Source: Flaccisagitta enflata
Taxonomy: Eukaryota
Assembly (NCBI GenBank): GCA_965153355.1
Contig: OZ231126.1
Location: forward strand, 35,774,001 to 35,838,000
Direction of reading: 5' to 3'
Length of the DNA: 64,000 bases
The position numbers and the translations under genes are program-made. Below the pieces are notes generated by a model. It did not search any database and was not told the DNA's origin. It saw only the letters and a program-made list of their open reading frames with translations. This document shows positions 1 to 28,159 of the stretch, piece by piece. Each line of letters opens with the position of its first letter. Positions within the stretch are counted from its first letter, which is position 1.

Positions 1-26
1 TCAATTGGAACTCTCATTGACGTACA

Positions 27-11164
<11,138 letters not shown>

Positions 11165-11276
11165 ATCACTATTGAGTATTATTTCCCAACTCAAGTTTGA
11201 CCGCTTTTAAAAGTCTCAAGCAATTTAGCTCATCAGGTCAATACCCTGCCTGACCGTATCGTGTGACATTTGATTA

Positions 11277-12268
11277 CAGGGTGTTTCACGCGTTTTGAGG
11301 TTTAAAGAATCGACATAGCTTTTCACCTAGAAAAGTTATTCCAATTCTGAAAAAAGGTCTGAATAGATCTTGAAGTGCAGTTTTTTTATGTCACCAATTT
11401 TTTATATCTGCGCTTTTAAATATGGCCACTATGTAAGTTTGAAGAAAACAACCATATCCAGCATGCATCTTTAATCCGGATAATTATGGCAAAAAATGGA
11501 AACTACTTGTTTGTTAGCGTTTCACATCCAAGCAATAAGGAAAACATAGCAAAATCCATGACCATCTTGAAGCTCTGTGAAAGATCTTTCCAATGAGACC
11601 TTGCTGGTTGTCATATCTCTATCCGTTTAGAAATGGCAGAAGAATGAAGACAGGTGGTCAAAAATTTGGAAAGTCAGTAACACCTGATTTTCATGGGCTA
11701 TCTTTATTATAATATAGAAATTGAACAAATTGAGTTGGAAATTTGTTCTTGGCTCCATTTTATAGAAAATTCATGGCTCTTTAGTTTGCTCATGGATATC
11801 GAGTAGCTAAGACAATCCTGAGTTTGTAATTGACAAAAACGAAAAGAGTAAAATTTCTCGATGGAAAAAAAATTGAAAGGAGCATTTCTTTCAATTTGTG
11901 ATTTTTTTCTTCTATCTTTTGCCATTTCTAAATGAATGAAGCTACAATGTCCTGCAACGTCGCGTTTTGAAGATTTTTTGCGGAGCTTTTAAACAGTCAT
12001 GGATTTTTTGTAGTTCAGGCCAATAGTTGACCAGAAACTAGTAAAAGAAGTTGTCCATTTTTTTCTTTACCATGGTTAGTTACCTGGATTATGTTGTTTA
12101 CTTTAAACTCCCGTAGCTCCCAAGCTAAAAAACGCAAATACAAAAAATTGGTGACATAAAAAAACTGCACTTCAAGATCTATTCAAACCTTTTTTCAGAA
12201 TTGGAATAGCTTTTCTAGGAGAAAAGCTATGTTGATTCTTTAAACCTCAAAACGCGTGAAACACCCTG
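11277..12268. mobile_element. Tc1/mariner-type MITE just 3' of the TAT stop codon
   Basis: TIRs over 120 bp beginning CAGGGTGTTTCACGCG, flanked by TA on both sides. Confidence 0.9.
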
Positions 12269-13330
12269 TAGATCTTTACTTTCCAGTTTCCACACTTCTT
12301 CCACTCCTGAATAATGCGTCAACCTCGTCAATATGTGAACATCTTGCGTCCATTTTTGTCTTTGTTTTAATGTGGTACGACTTGTATCAAGGCTTTGACA
12401 TCGATAGGTTCCGGTTATGTTCTTTTTTTATTGTCGGCTGAGATTTTAAGGGGGTTCGCGAAATGCCCAAGAGAACAAGTTGAACTGAAGGCTTTCCATG
12501 AAAACTTTTTTAACCTGTCACGTAAGTCATCTTTCTGCCTCAATACAGCATTTCTTTTTACCACAATATTGTTTTTTGGGCAATTGTTGAACCCCCCATT
12601 TGGCTTTTTCACTGACCTGTACCACAATCTGTGAATTTTCGATTCTAGTCATTGCTAATCGTGATGTATGACTCAATTGAGATTGACCAAGACGCGTGCA
12701 TCCTTTTTTTAAAAGTGTGCATCACGTCTCATGAAATTACCCCACCACAAATTGTATGAAGTTAAGTTTCGCTTTTTCTTTGTCTCGCGCGAGTGTTATG
12801 ATTTTTAAAGCATGAAGATATCACCACCACGTCCATGGGATCATTCTATGTATCTACCAAAAAAGAATATATTCTCTCCTTTTTTGTTCTATTTTCTGTT
12901 TTTGACTCAAGTTTTATTTTAGAAGATATCTTGTTGTATTTTTCTCACAATGAAAATAAGACTTGTTCGAAGAGGTTCTCCAAACCACCATGGCGTTGAA
13001 TCATTTTGTGAATTTGTGTTCTTCAATGGAAAGCTTTGGGCGTTATCGAGTAAGATGGCGCCGCTGTCTTGGTCACCTCATGTGGCACCTCGTTGTAAGA
13101 TCCAGGTCCTAGTTCCAGTAGTTAGAATCATGAATAAAACGCTCACTGAGAACAACATGATGATAGGCTTTGTGACACATCAAATCTGATTACATTTCAC
13201 TTCCAATGCCAAGGTGACTGGTTTCAAATATTTGATTTTTTCCTTGAAGTAGTAATTTTAGCAAGTCTGCTTCAGTGAAGTCAAATCAAGGCTGCTGAAG
13301 ACAGCAAATCCTACCTTATTGATTTATTTA

Positions 13331-13816
13331 TTTTGGGGTTAAACTCGGAATGGATGTTTGCAAGTTAGTTTTGCTAAATGGAAAACTAGGAGTGATGCGT
13401 GTAGTAACTAGTCAGTGAGGGCTCACAAGGCCCTCTTCCATATATTTTTCAGTTTGGGTATAGTGAGGGATATTGTTCCACCTGTCATACTACTCAGTAC
13501 CTTGGATAAGAATGTCCGGCGGTCGCATTAAGCTTGACCTCGATTCTATCCTTCAAGGGTATGGTTTCTTAACAATGTTACCCTCGGGTGATTTGTTGAA
13601 TTTTGGTCATAAAGGTAACAATCATTAGCCCTTATCTATTTGGTAAGCATTAGTGTTTTGGGGTTAAACTCGGAATGGATGTTTGCAAGTTAGTTTTGCT
13701 AAATGGAAAACTAGGAGTGATGCGTGTAGTAACTAGTCAGTGAGGGCTCACAAGGCCCTCTTCCATATATTTTTCAGTTTGGGTATAGTTAGGGATATTG
13801 TTCCACCTGTCATACT
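13331..13816 (+). mobile_element. Structured non-coding partial-tandem element, 325-bp-unit subfamily
   Basis: 13331-13492 repeated at 13656-13817; ends in ...cctgTCATA; homologous to the 565-bp subfamily; 3' fragments at about 34923-34990, 55057-55130 and 63800-63835 (-). Confidence 0.7.
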
Positions 13817-14122
13817 AAATATCCAGCAGATCCAAAAAGAGAAAAGTAGCAATAACCTGGATTTTTGTCTGTGTTGAAGACTTTGTGCTTGACACCCAGT
13901 TTGACTCCAGGGCAGTTTCGGCTGGAAGACAGGAAGTGAAATCCGCCAAATCGTTCGTCCGTCGAGTAGAAATTAGGACCAGGATTCTCGTTGTACTTTT
14001 GATTCAAATTTCGATAACCCAAAGAATAAGACGGAGGATTGTGAAAGCCTTGGTGGGGAAAGAAGTATCCAACATACTAAAATGTACATCAGACAAACTA
14101 TATTCTTTTATATGTATTCCAT

Positions 14123-14638
14123 TTGGGTGTGTCAAAAAATAAAACGTATCTTTGATCAGATCATCAACATCAGGCAGCATTAACAAAAGAATTTTAAGAT
14201 TTTTAGCGTTTTTATTTTTTCAAATTTCAGTCGTCTTCCGTTTTTTTAGCGCAGGAAAAGATTGTCAAAAATATATGTACTTTCAAAGTCTCCACCTAGT
14301 TTTGTTGAAAATAAGACCAAAAAGTTCAAGAAAAAATATCAAGTTTTATTTCTTTTTATGATTTTTGGGGTAAAAAAACAACTTTTATCTAGCCCCAATT
14401 AGAAATCAAACCAAAATATTTAAATAGCTACTTTGATATATTTATAAACAATAATTCTGATATAAAATCAATAACACAGCAATATACAAATTAGCAGCTA
14501 AAAAGGGGTTTTGGAAAAAACGGAAGATAGATGAAATTTAAAAAAATAAAAACGCTAAAGATCTTAAAATTCTTTTGTTTACACACCCTGATGTTGATGA
14601 TCTGATCAAAGATGATTTTTATTTTTTGACATACCCGA
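14123..14638. mobile_element. Mutator-like MITE inserted in a ~200-bp direct repeat
   Basis: About 140-bp TIRs; perfect 9-bp TSD GTATTCCAT (14114-14122, 14639-14647). Confidence 0.85.
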
Positions 14639-17063
14639 GTATTCCATCCCGATGAGTTTAATCCAAACTAAATTGTTTGTCCGTCGAGTAGAAATTGGGA
14701 CCAGGATTTTCATTGTACTTTTGATTCAAATTTGATAACCCAAGAATAAGACGGAGGATTGTGAAAGCCTTGATCGGGGAGAAATATTCATCAAACTAAA
14801 ATTTACATCAGACAAACTATATTCTTTAATACATATTACATCCTGATAAGTTTAATCCAATCAAGTGACGAGGGTCACAAAATCGTTGCGGGCGGGTGGG
14901 CAGGGGCATGCAAGTATGCAACCCCCATCCATACCCTTCCCCACCCCATGACTCACACATATAAACAATCACAACTGCAGCATCCAAAATGCACGTTTTT
15001 AGTCGAGTGCACATGGCTCTATAACCCGCTTTGTTGGTTGGTTGGTCGGTCGGTCGCCGTTAGCTTTTTTTGGCGTTTACGGCGGTTCATCATTACTGCT
15101 CCTGCCAAAACGCTTAGGTTAGCCTCTTTATATCACTGCCCCTGCCCATGTGCACGCGATTGCGTATCCTTGTTAGCCTTGTTACACTTTTTGACGGACC
15201 GACGGACAAAGCCTCTTGTAGAGTTGCTTGTCCGCAACAAAAAACTGCTCGGTCAGCTTGAGGTCATCAATCATTCTTTAGCTTGCAGTTATAGGTGCTA
15301 CAATGCGACCTGTTTTTTTTTAGGGGGGGGGGGTGACGGGGCAGCAAAAATTTTTCCCTGCTTATGTCAGCTGGGTAACAATAAAGTCACTAACTTCAGA
15401 ACAGGGTGTTCTGAAGTTAACAACTTTACTGATTTCAAAGCTCACTTTTTAAGCAGGTAGTGTCAGGATGTGTTGACATTTTTTTCTGTTTTCCCATACT
15501 AAAAAATCTTCACTCTTCTTGGTTTTTGATAGCAAAAACGCTGCAGATGCTAGAAAAACCATTGCCAAAATTTTTTTATCGATTACCTCTTCAAAAAATG
15601 ACAAAATTGCGGTGGAAGTGGCTCGGAAAAAAATAGGGCCAAAACACTTTTTCATTTTTTTCTCAAAATACGTCATCTTCAAATTTCACCATTTTCTCGG
15701 CAAAGTTGCCCCTGTAGGTGATGTTGATAACAGCAAAAAAAAATCGGATACTACTCCTTTCAAAATGGGACTAAATGACAAAAAAAAGTTTTGAGCGTTA
15801 AAGTCGTTATTTTCAGCGATTTTACTGATCTCAGTAATTTCACTGATTTTAACGATTTTAGTCCCCTTTTGCGCAATACCATTCTAAAGGTTCCGAAGTT
15901 GCTGATTTTAACGACTCTGTTATGTCCTGAAGTCACTGAATTTAGTGACTTGTCCCACTTTTAATCCTCAATTTACAAGATGTGCAACAAGACTTACAGT
16001 AAACTGAGAGGACGATGAGACAACAACTCCCCAGCAAATAACAAAAACCACTACAACAAAAATACTTAGTTATGACTTAGATTAACGATAAAAAATATTT
16101 TGTGTTGAATAATATCTTATGTATTCTATTTGCACGCTACTGAACTTATGAGACATGCTATTTGTTGGTTGGTTGATCACAATAAGCTATTTCTAGGTTG
16201 AAATACCTACCACAACCATGGACGTGGTGGACGGGGCGTCCCCTAAATCCATGGTGAAGGGTGAGGCAAGGTCAGAGCGCCCGTTGGCAAACTCATATTG
16301 AAGAACTCAATAAACAGAATCCTACGTTAATAAAACCCAAAGTTATATCAAAAGAGAAATGGAGGTGTTACAATGTGCTACATTTTAAAATTTTGATAAT
16401 CTTTCTTTCTCAAAGGGTTGACAACTCTTAACTCCAACCACAAAACATGTAATATGGAAGCAATGTGTACCCATCTGAGAGTTTATCCGTTTGAAAATGG
16501 GAAGTTTTTGAAAGAAAAAACTTTTACATTGCCAAAGGGAGAATTACTGGATGTTGATCTTTCATGTATCAAGGAGGTTCACAAATCTTATCAGTATCTT
16601 GTTCTCATTCATAGCTTTTTCATTTTGCACGTTGACTTTGCTTAATAGATGATTAATTGATTGCAAGCAAAATGAATTGTAAGATAGTTTGGAAAATCAC
16701 CTTTGCGTCCTACTGGACATCGGCCCTTTTGGGCCGCGGCCCTGCTCTCACTTCAATCCTTCAACTGATCTCTCGAAGCAGGGCATTTGGTACTGCGGAC
16801 CATGTGCAATCCTTGGATGACTGGTTACTTTTAGAAGATAGAATCATCAGAAATCAGAATCAGATATCATAAATCAGAATAGATTAATTGAAATTGCCAC
16901 ATTGCATCTTTTTCTATCAAGGTTGGAATTGAAAACCAAAGAATACTGTATGAACACTATCTCCTAACTGGAAAATTTGCTGACCACTTACTCAAAAAAA
17001 TCTGTATTGGAAATGAAACCAGGTAGCGGCAATTAATCTTATCCACTTTTCGCTTTCCGGAGG

Positions 17064-17397
17064 TTTTTAGTCGCGGACACGCGACTCTACACCTTGCCGT
17101 GTCGGTTGGTCGGTCGGTTGGTAGGTCGGTAGGTTGGTCCATCCGTCACATTTTTAGTCGCGGACACACGACTCTACACTTTGCTGTGTTGGTCGGTATG
17201 TCGGTAGGTCGGTCCGTCGGTCGGTCCGTTGGTCCGTCACATTTTTGAATTCCGGGCGGTTTTCGCATTACTGCTCCTGCCCAACTGTCCGCGACTGTCT
17301 TGCCGTGTATCCGGCCTTGTTGAATTCCGAGCGGTTTTTGCATTACCGCTCCTGCCCAACCGTCCGCGACTGGATTGCCGTGTATCCGGCCTTGTTA
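17064..17397 (+). mobile_element. Two DINE-1/HINE-like elements, one nested in the other (inner 17151-17321)
   Basis: Each: Tn-agtcgcgNNNNcgcgact palindrome, (GTCG/GTCC)n microsatellite, 3' cgcgact, gccgtgtatccggc hairpin, cttgTT end. Confidence 0.85.
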
Positions 17398-17405
17398 CGA
17401 GTCCT

Positions 17406-18355
17406 GGGTGGTTTCATGACAGATCACCCAAACTGAAAACTAAAAAACAGAATTTGCTCTTTTTGGTGTAGAGCAAGATATCCAAGGTGACCATTTTTCG
17501 GTTGGGTTTAGTTTTGAGTACCCCCAGAAGTTTAAATAGGGATATCTCAGCCATTTTTTATAGTAAAAGGACAATCTTGGTGTCAATCTTCATGCATTAA
17601 CCCAAACAATCTATTAGGAAAAAAGCTTGAACCAAATAGAATCATTTTGGGGGTTTTTACCCCTAGGGGTAGTACCCCGGGGTACCCCAGGGTACCTAGT
17701 ACGTAGAAATTTAAAAAAAAAAAGTTGAAAAAATATTCTTCTATGTTTGTGCTTTCATATTCAAGAATAAAATATATGGGACCTCAACTGCTTAGTACCC
17801 ATATAAAGGGCCAGAAATGGGAGGTAAGGCCACTTTTAACAATTTTGACCAAAAATACCAAAATCCTCCATAATTGGCTCTACCACCCATTTTTGGCCCT
17901 TTATATGGGCACTAAGGAGTTGAGGTCCCATATTTTTTATTCTTGAATATGAAACAACAAACAGAGAAGAATATTTTTCAAACTTTTTTTTTCAAAATTT
18001 TTACGTACTAGGTACCCTGGGGTACCCCGGGTACTACCCCTAGGGGTAAAAACCCCCAAAATGATTTTTTTTGGTTCAAATTTTTTCCCAATAAGATTCT
18101 TTGGGTTAATACAAGAAGATTGACACCAAGATTGTCCTTTTACTTTAAAAAATAGCTGAGATATAGCTATTCAAAGTTCTGGGGGTACCCGGGGGGCCCA
18201 AAATTTCAAGCCCCGCTAAAACCCAAAATATGGGTCCGAGAGCAAAAATCTTCGGGATTCTTGAATATCTCCCCAAGGGCTACCTTTACACCAAAAAAGA
18301 GCAAATTCTATTTTTTTAGGGTTTTCAGTTTGGGTGATCTGTCATGAAACCACCC
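17406..18355. mobile_element. Near-palindromic MITE, Sola2-like
   Basis: Termini GGGTGGTTTCATGACAGATCACCC / inverse; 4-bp TSD TCCT. Confidence 0.8.
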
Positions 18356-21235
18356 TCCTTCCACAAGCAACAACGGGTGATCTTGGTTTGGTTTGATGGT
18401 TGATTATTCCTTTAGGGTCCATCAATAAGATATTGAGTTGTAATTTTCTGCACTAAAAACATCCCTTTTTACAGACAAACAACAACAACAACAACAAAAA
18501 CAACAACAACAACAGCAAAAGTCAAGCTGCTCAATTTGATGAAAAACTGTGGTTGAGGCGGTTGAAAGGAAATTGAGGACCCATTTAAAGTTGCTGACCA
18601 GTTTCACAATTTTCTTTTGGTTTTATTTGGTATCTTGTGCCATTTGGTTTTTAAAATTCATCTGTCTGTCAATGTTTGGTTGTGGGTTTGTTTGATGAGG
18701 CAGCAACATATCAATAATCAAAAGGGTAATAATGTGAATAACCGCTTGCCTAGTTGTAATAAATCATCACTGTGCGGGCTCGCGTGAGCAAGCACTGTTC
18801 ATTTGTTTAAAGACCTTACTTTGCCTCTAAAACTTACCCTTTTAGCAACGCCCTCTATTAGTAGTTATCCGCTTCGAATCGAACGGAAACTGAGCTAGAA
18901 TTTATGATACATGCCGAGAGAATTTCCTTAAAAGAGCGTTTACCTGCTGTTAAGTCCATTCACTCATCTTTATTCCTTTGCTTTAATCATTTATTCATGA
19001 TTAAGGAGTAAATAAGCCTACTAATGTTACTCTTTTTCCATCCTTTGCAGATTAATGATGAATTGATTAGCATTACTTACCCTCCGGTTCCCTGAATGCT
19101 GAAATGAGTTGAAGTTTCAGGTACTAAGCCTTCTAAAGATGTAAATTGATGTGCTAACAATTGCCGTTAATTATTACTGCTCATTGCCTTAGTTGTTAAT
19201 GATTACTAATGATTGCTAATAAATTATTTCAGACCGTTAATTGCGCCGTCACTACTACTCCGGTTAGTAAGAAAGGGAGCGAGCGGGCACAATCACCATT
19301 TTAAAACATCTTTCTTCTTTCTCTCTACACATGCAGAAGTGGGGAAAAATTTGCTTGTCTACTACATTAATACGGATTTTCAAACAAGAAACTAAAAATG
19401 GGAGAGAGAGTCTTCAATCTCTTGCAACAACTTAACAGAAATAAACTTGAGATTCATTGTCATAACGAAACTGAATTCATCAGTAAACAAGGCTAAATAA
19501 ACAACTGTGGACAACAGTGATGTATTGGTCCCTTCAGGTACTTTGATAGAAGCAGCCATGCAAAATCTTATGCAGCATCATGGGGAAGAATTACTTTCCA
19601 TTTGTTCCAGAATATTTCAAGGCTTCAGCAAACAATGTCCTCTCAGGTCTTTTACCAAAATGATCTCATAGCCCATTCTCACCCGCTCATTTATCGCCTA
19701 TGATGAATCTTAACGTGATTACAAATGTGAAAGATTAACAGATGATTTTCTTCCTAAGCAGGAATTTGTTCAGTCTATTGAAATGATAAATTCTACTCAA
19801 TTCATTTCATTTTCAGATGAAGTGCGTCAATAGTCCTTTTGGTTTGATGAATCTTTTCTTCATTTGCTTTCCAATTTACAGCTCTTCGCTCCTGGTGGTG
19901 GTTCATTCCCTTGCTCGTCTCGGTCACGATCACAAACTTTCAGTTCTCTCTACAATTCCTGTAAAGAGTCCTCTCGTGGAAGACATCCAGTCTTGTTCAT
20001 GGAAGACATGTCATTCTGTTTTGTTTCATTTAATATCTTTTTGAATATATTGAATTCATTTGAGATTTTGATATGAAAAACACTCCTAAGGAATTCTCCA
20101 ATATAACCATTCAGTCGTGTAGCACACATTGTAAATTGAGGATTAAAAGTGGGACAAGTCACTAAATTCAGTGACTTCAGGACATAACAGAGTCGTTAAA
20201 ATCAGCAACTTCGGAACCTTTAGAATGGTATTGCGCAAAAGGGGACTAAAATCGTTAAAATCAGTGAAATAACTGAAATCAGTAAAATCACTGAAATTAA
20301 CGACTTTAACGCTCAAAACTTTTTTTTGTCATTTAGTCCCATTTTGAGAGGAGTAGTATCCGATTTTTTTTTGCTGTTATCAACATCACCTACAGGGGCA
20401 ACTTTGCCAAGGAAATGGTGAAATTTGAAGATGACGTATTTTGAGTAAAAAATGAAAAAGTGTTTTGGCCCTATTTTTTTCCGAGCCACTTCTACCGCCA
20501 TTTTGTCATTTTTTGAAGAGGTAATTGATAAAAAAATTTTGCCAATGGTTTTTCAAGCATCTGCAGCATTTTTGCAAACAAAAACCAGGAAGAGTGAAGA
20601 TTTTTTAGTACGGGAAAACAGAAAAAAACATCAACACATCCTGACACAACCTGCTTAAAAAGTGAGCTTTGAAATCAGTAAAGTTGTTAACTTCAGAACA
20701 CCCTGTTCTGAAGTTAGTGACTTCATTGTTACCCAGCTGTATGTAGCTTCTTCATCACTGCCTTTCCGAACCAGCTTGAGAAAAAAAAATCTGTTAAGGA
20801 GCAGGTCTCTACAACTTTTATGATGTATAAAATGAGGTTCACCTTAAGTGAAATTCGGCGCTAATCTAGCAATGTTTCAATGTAGAAACGAAGATAAAGA
20901 GACTGCACTTGCTAAAGACTTCAAATTCTAAGCTGATTGAAAATGAAAGAAACGCTATATACGAAAATGAAGAAAAAAAAATCAGTTTTTCTGCTGAAAA
21001 TGTTGAGAAAAACGACCAAAATATGAAAAATTGTGAACGATGAGATTAAGTGTAACAAAACTAGTCCGTCCGCGTAACATGATGCGTCATCAGCGTGATA
21101 TTAACAGACGGACCTTCCTTTAATGATGAGATGACGCATCTACAAAAGTGAATTTGCAGGAATGATTAAATAGCAAACAAGTACAAAGGGACGGCATTAA
21201 ACAGAGGTAAAATTCCTTAGTGAGTTCAGTGCTTA

Positions 21236-26216
<4,981 letters not shown>

Positions 26217-26331
26217 CAAGACGAACGGAAGTCAAACTGTTCGTTTGTTACTCATCAAACCTTGTATAGAACAGCGCTACGTCGAAGAACAGAGAATGCA
26301 AAAAAGCCCGAAGAAAAGAGCAATAGACGTT

Positions 26332-27645
<1,314 letters not shown>

Positions 27646-27737
27646 TCATTTTTTGTTATTGTTATCGCGTCTTCGTTACTAATTACCATTCATGCCCCTT
27701 GCCCGATTTTCAATCTTCATACATGCTGATGACTTAC

Positions 27738-27835
27738 GCCTCCATTTCAAAGTCATCTTTTAAAAGTGAAAACTCAATAGCAGACGTTGCCTCTGTGGCT
27801 CGTAACAAAACTAGTGGCGTTCGCCATTTTGTGTT
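27738..27835 (-). other. Probable 5' non-coding exon / start region of the zinc-finger gene
   Basis: AAAATGGCG (YY1-like) motif near 27830 and a perfect GTAAGT donor at 27737-27732; candidate acceptor near 26277. Confidence 0.4.
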
Positions 27836-27927
27836 CCACGAAAACTTGATTTGGCGGGAAAAAGAAAGGCAATAATTCATAACACAAATCTTATAATAAT
27901 GACCAGACAAATCTGTGTTGTAGACAA

Positions 27928-28112
27928 TGGCCGCCTGTGGGCGGCCTAATTACCATCCATGGGCGGCCTCACTGCCACCTATGGGTGGCTTCACTTCCGC
28001 CTGTGGGCGGTCCCACTGCCGCCTGTGGGCGGCCCCACTGCCGCCAGTGGGCGGTCCCACTGCCAGCTGTGGGTGGTCCCACTGCCGCCTGTGGGCAGTC
28101 CCACTGCCGCCT
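27928..28112. repeat. 22-bp GC-rich minisatellite
   Basis: Unit ccactgccgcctgtgggcggtc, about 8 copies. Confidence 0.85.
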
Positions 28113-28159
28113 GTGTGTGTGTGTGTGTGTGCATATGTGAGTATATGTTTGTGGAGAAA

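Larger units (their letters stand above)
15368..20739. mobile_element. 5.4-kb TIR element with about 620-bp TIRs, CAGCTGGG termini, no intact transposase
   Basis: 15368-15987 is the reverse complement of 20119-20739; TATGT on both flanks. Confidence 0.88.

Noticed and set aside
13417-13470. Twister-like pseudoknot between the hairpin loop and downstream KTGAG
   Set aside because: Pairs in the 13.4 kb and 28.9 kb copies but is broken in the 42 kb and 7.5 kb copies (loop TCCAAAG); other twister elements could not be placed.
15449-15794. ORFs repeated at 20313-20658
   Set aside because: They lie inside the two TIRs of one element; no transposase motifs.
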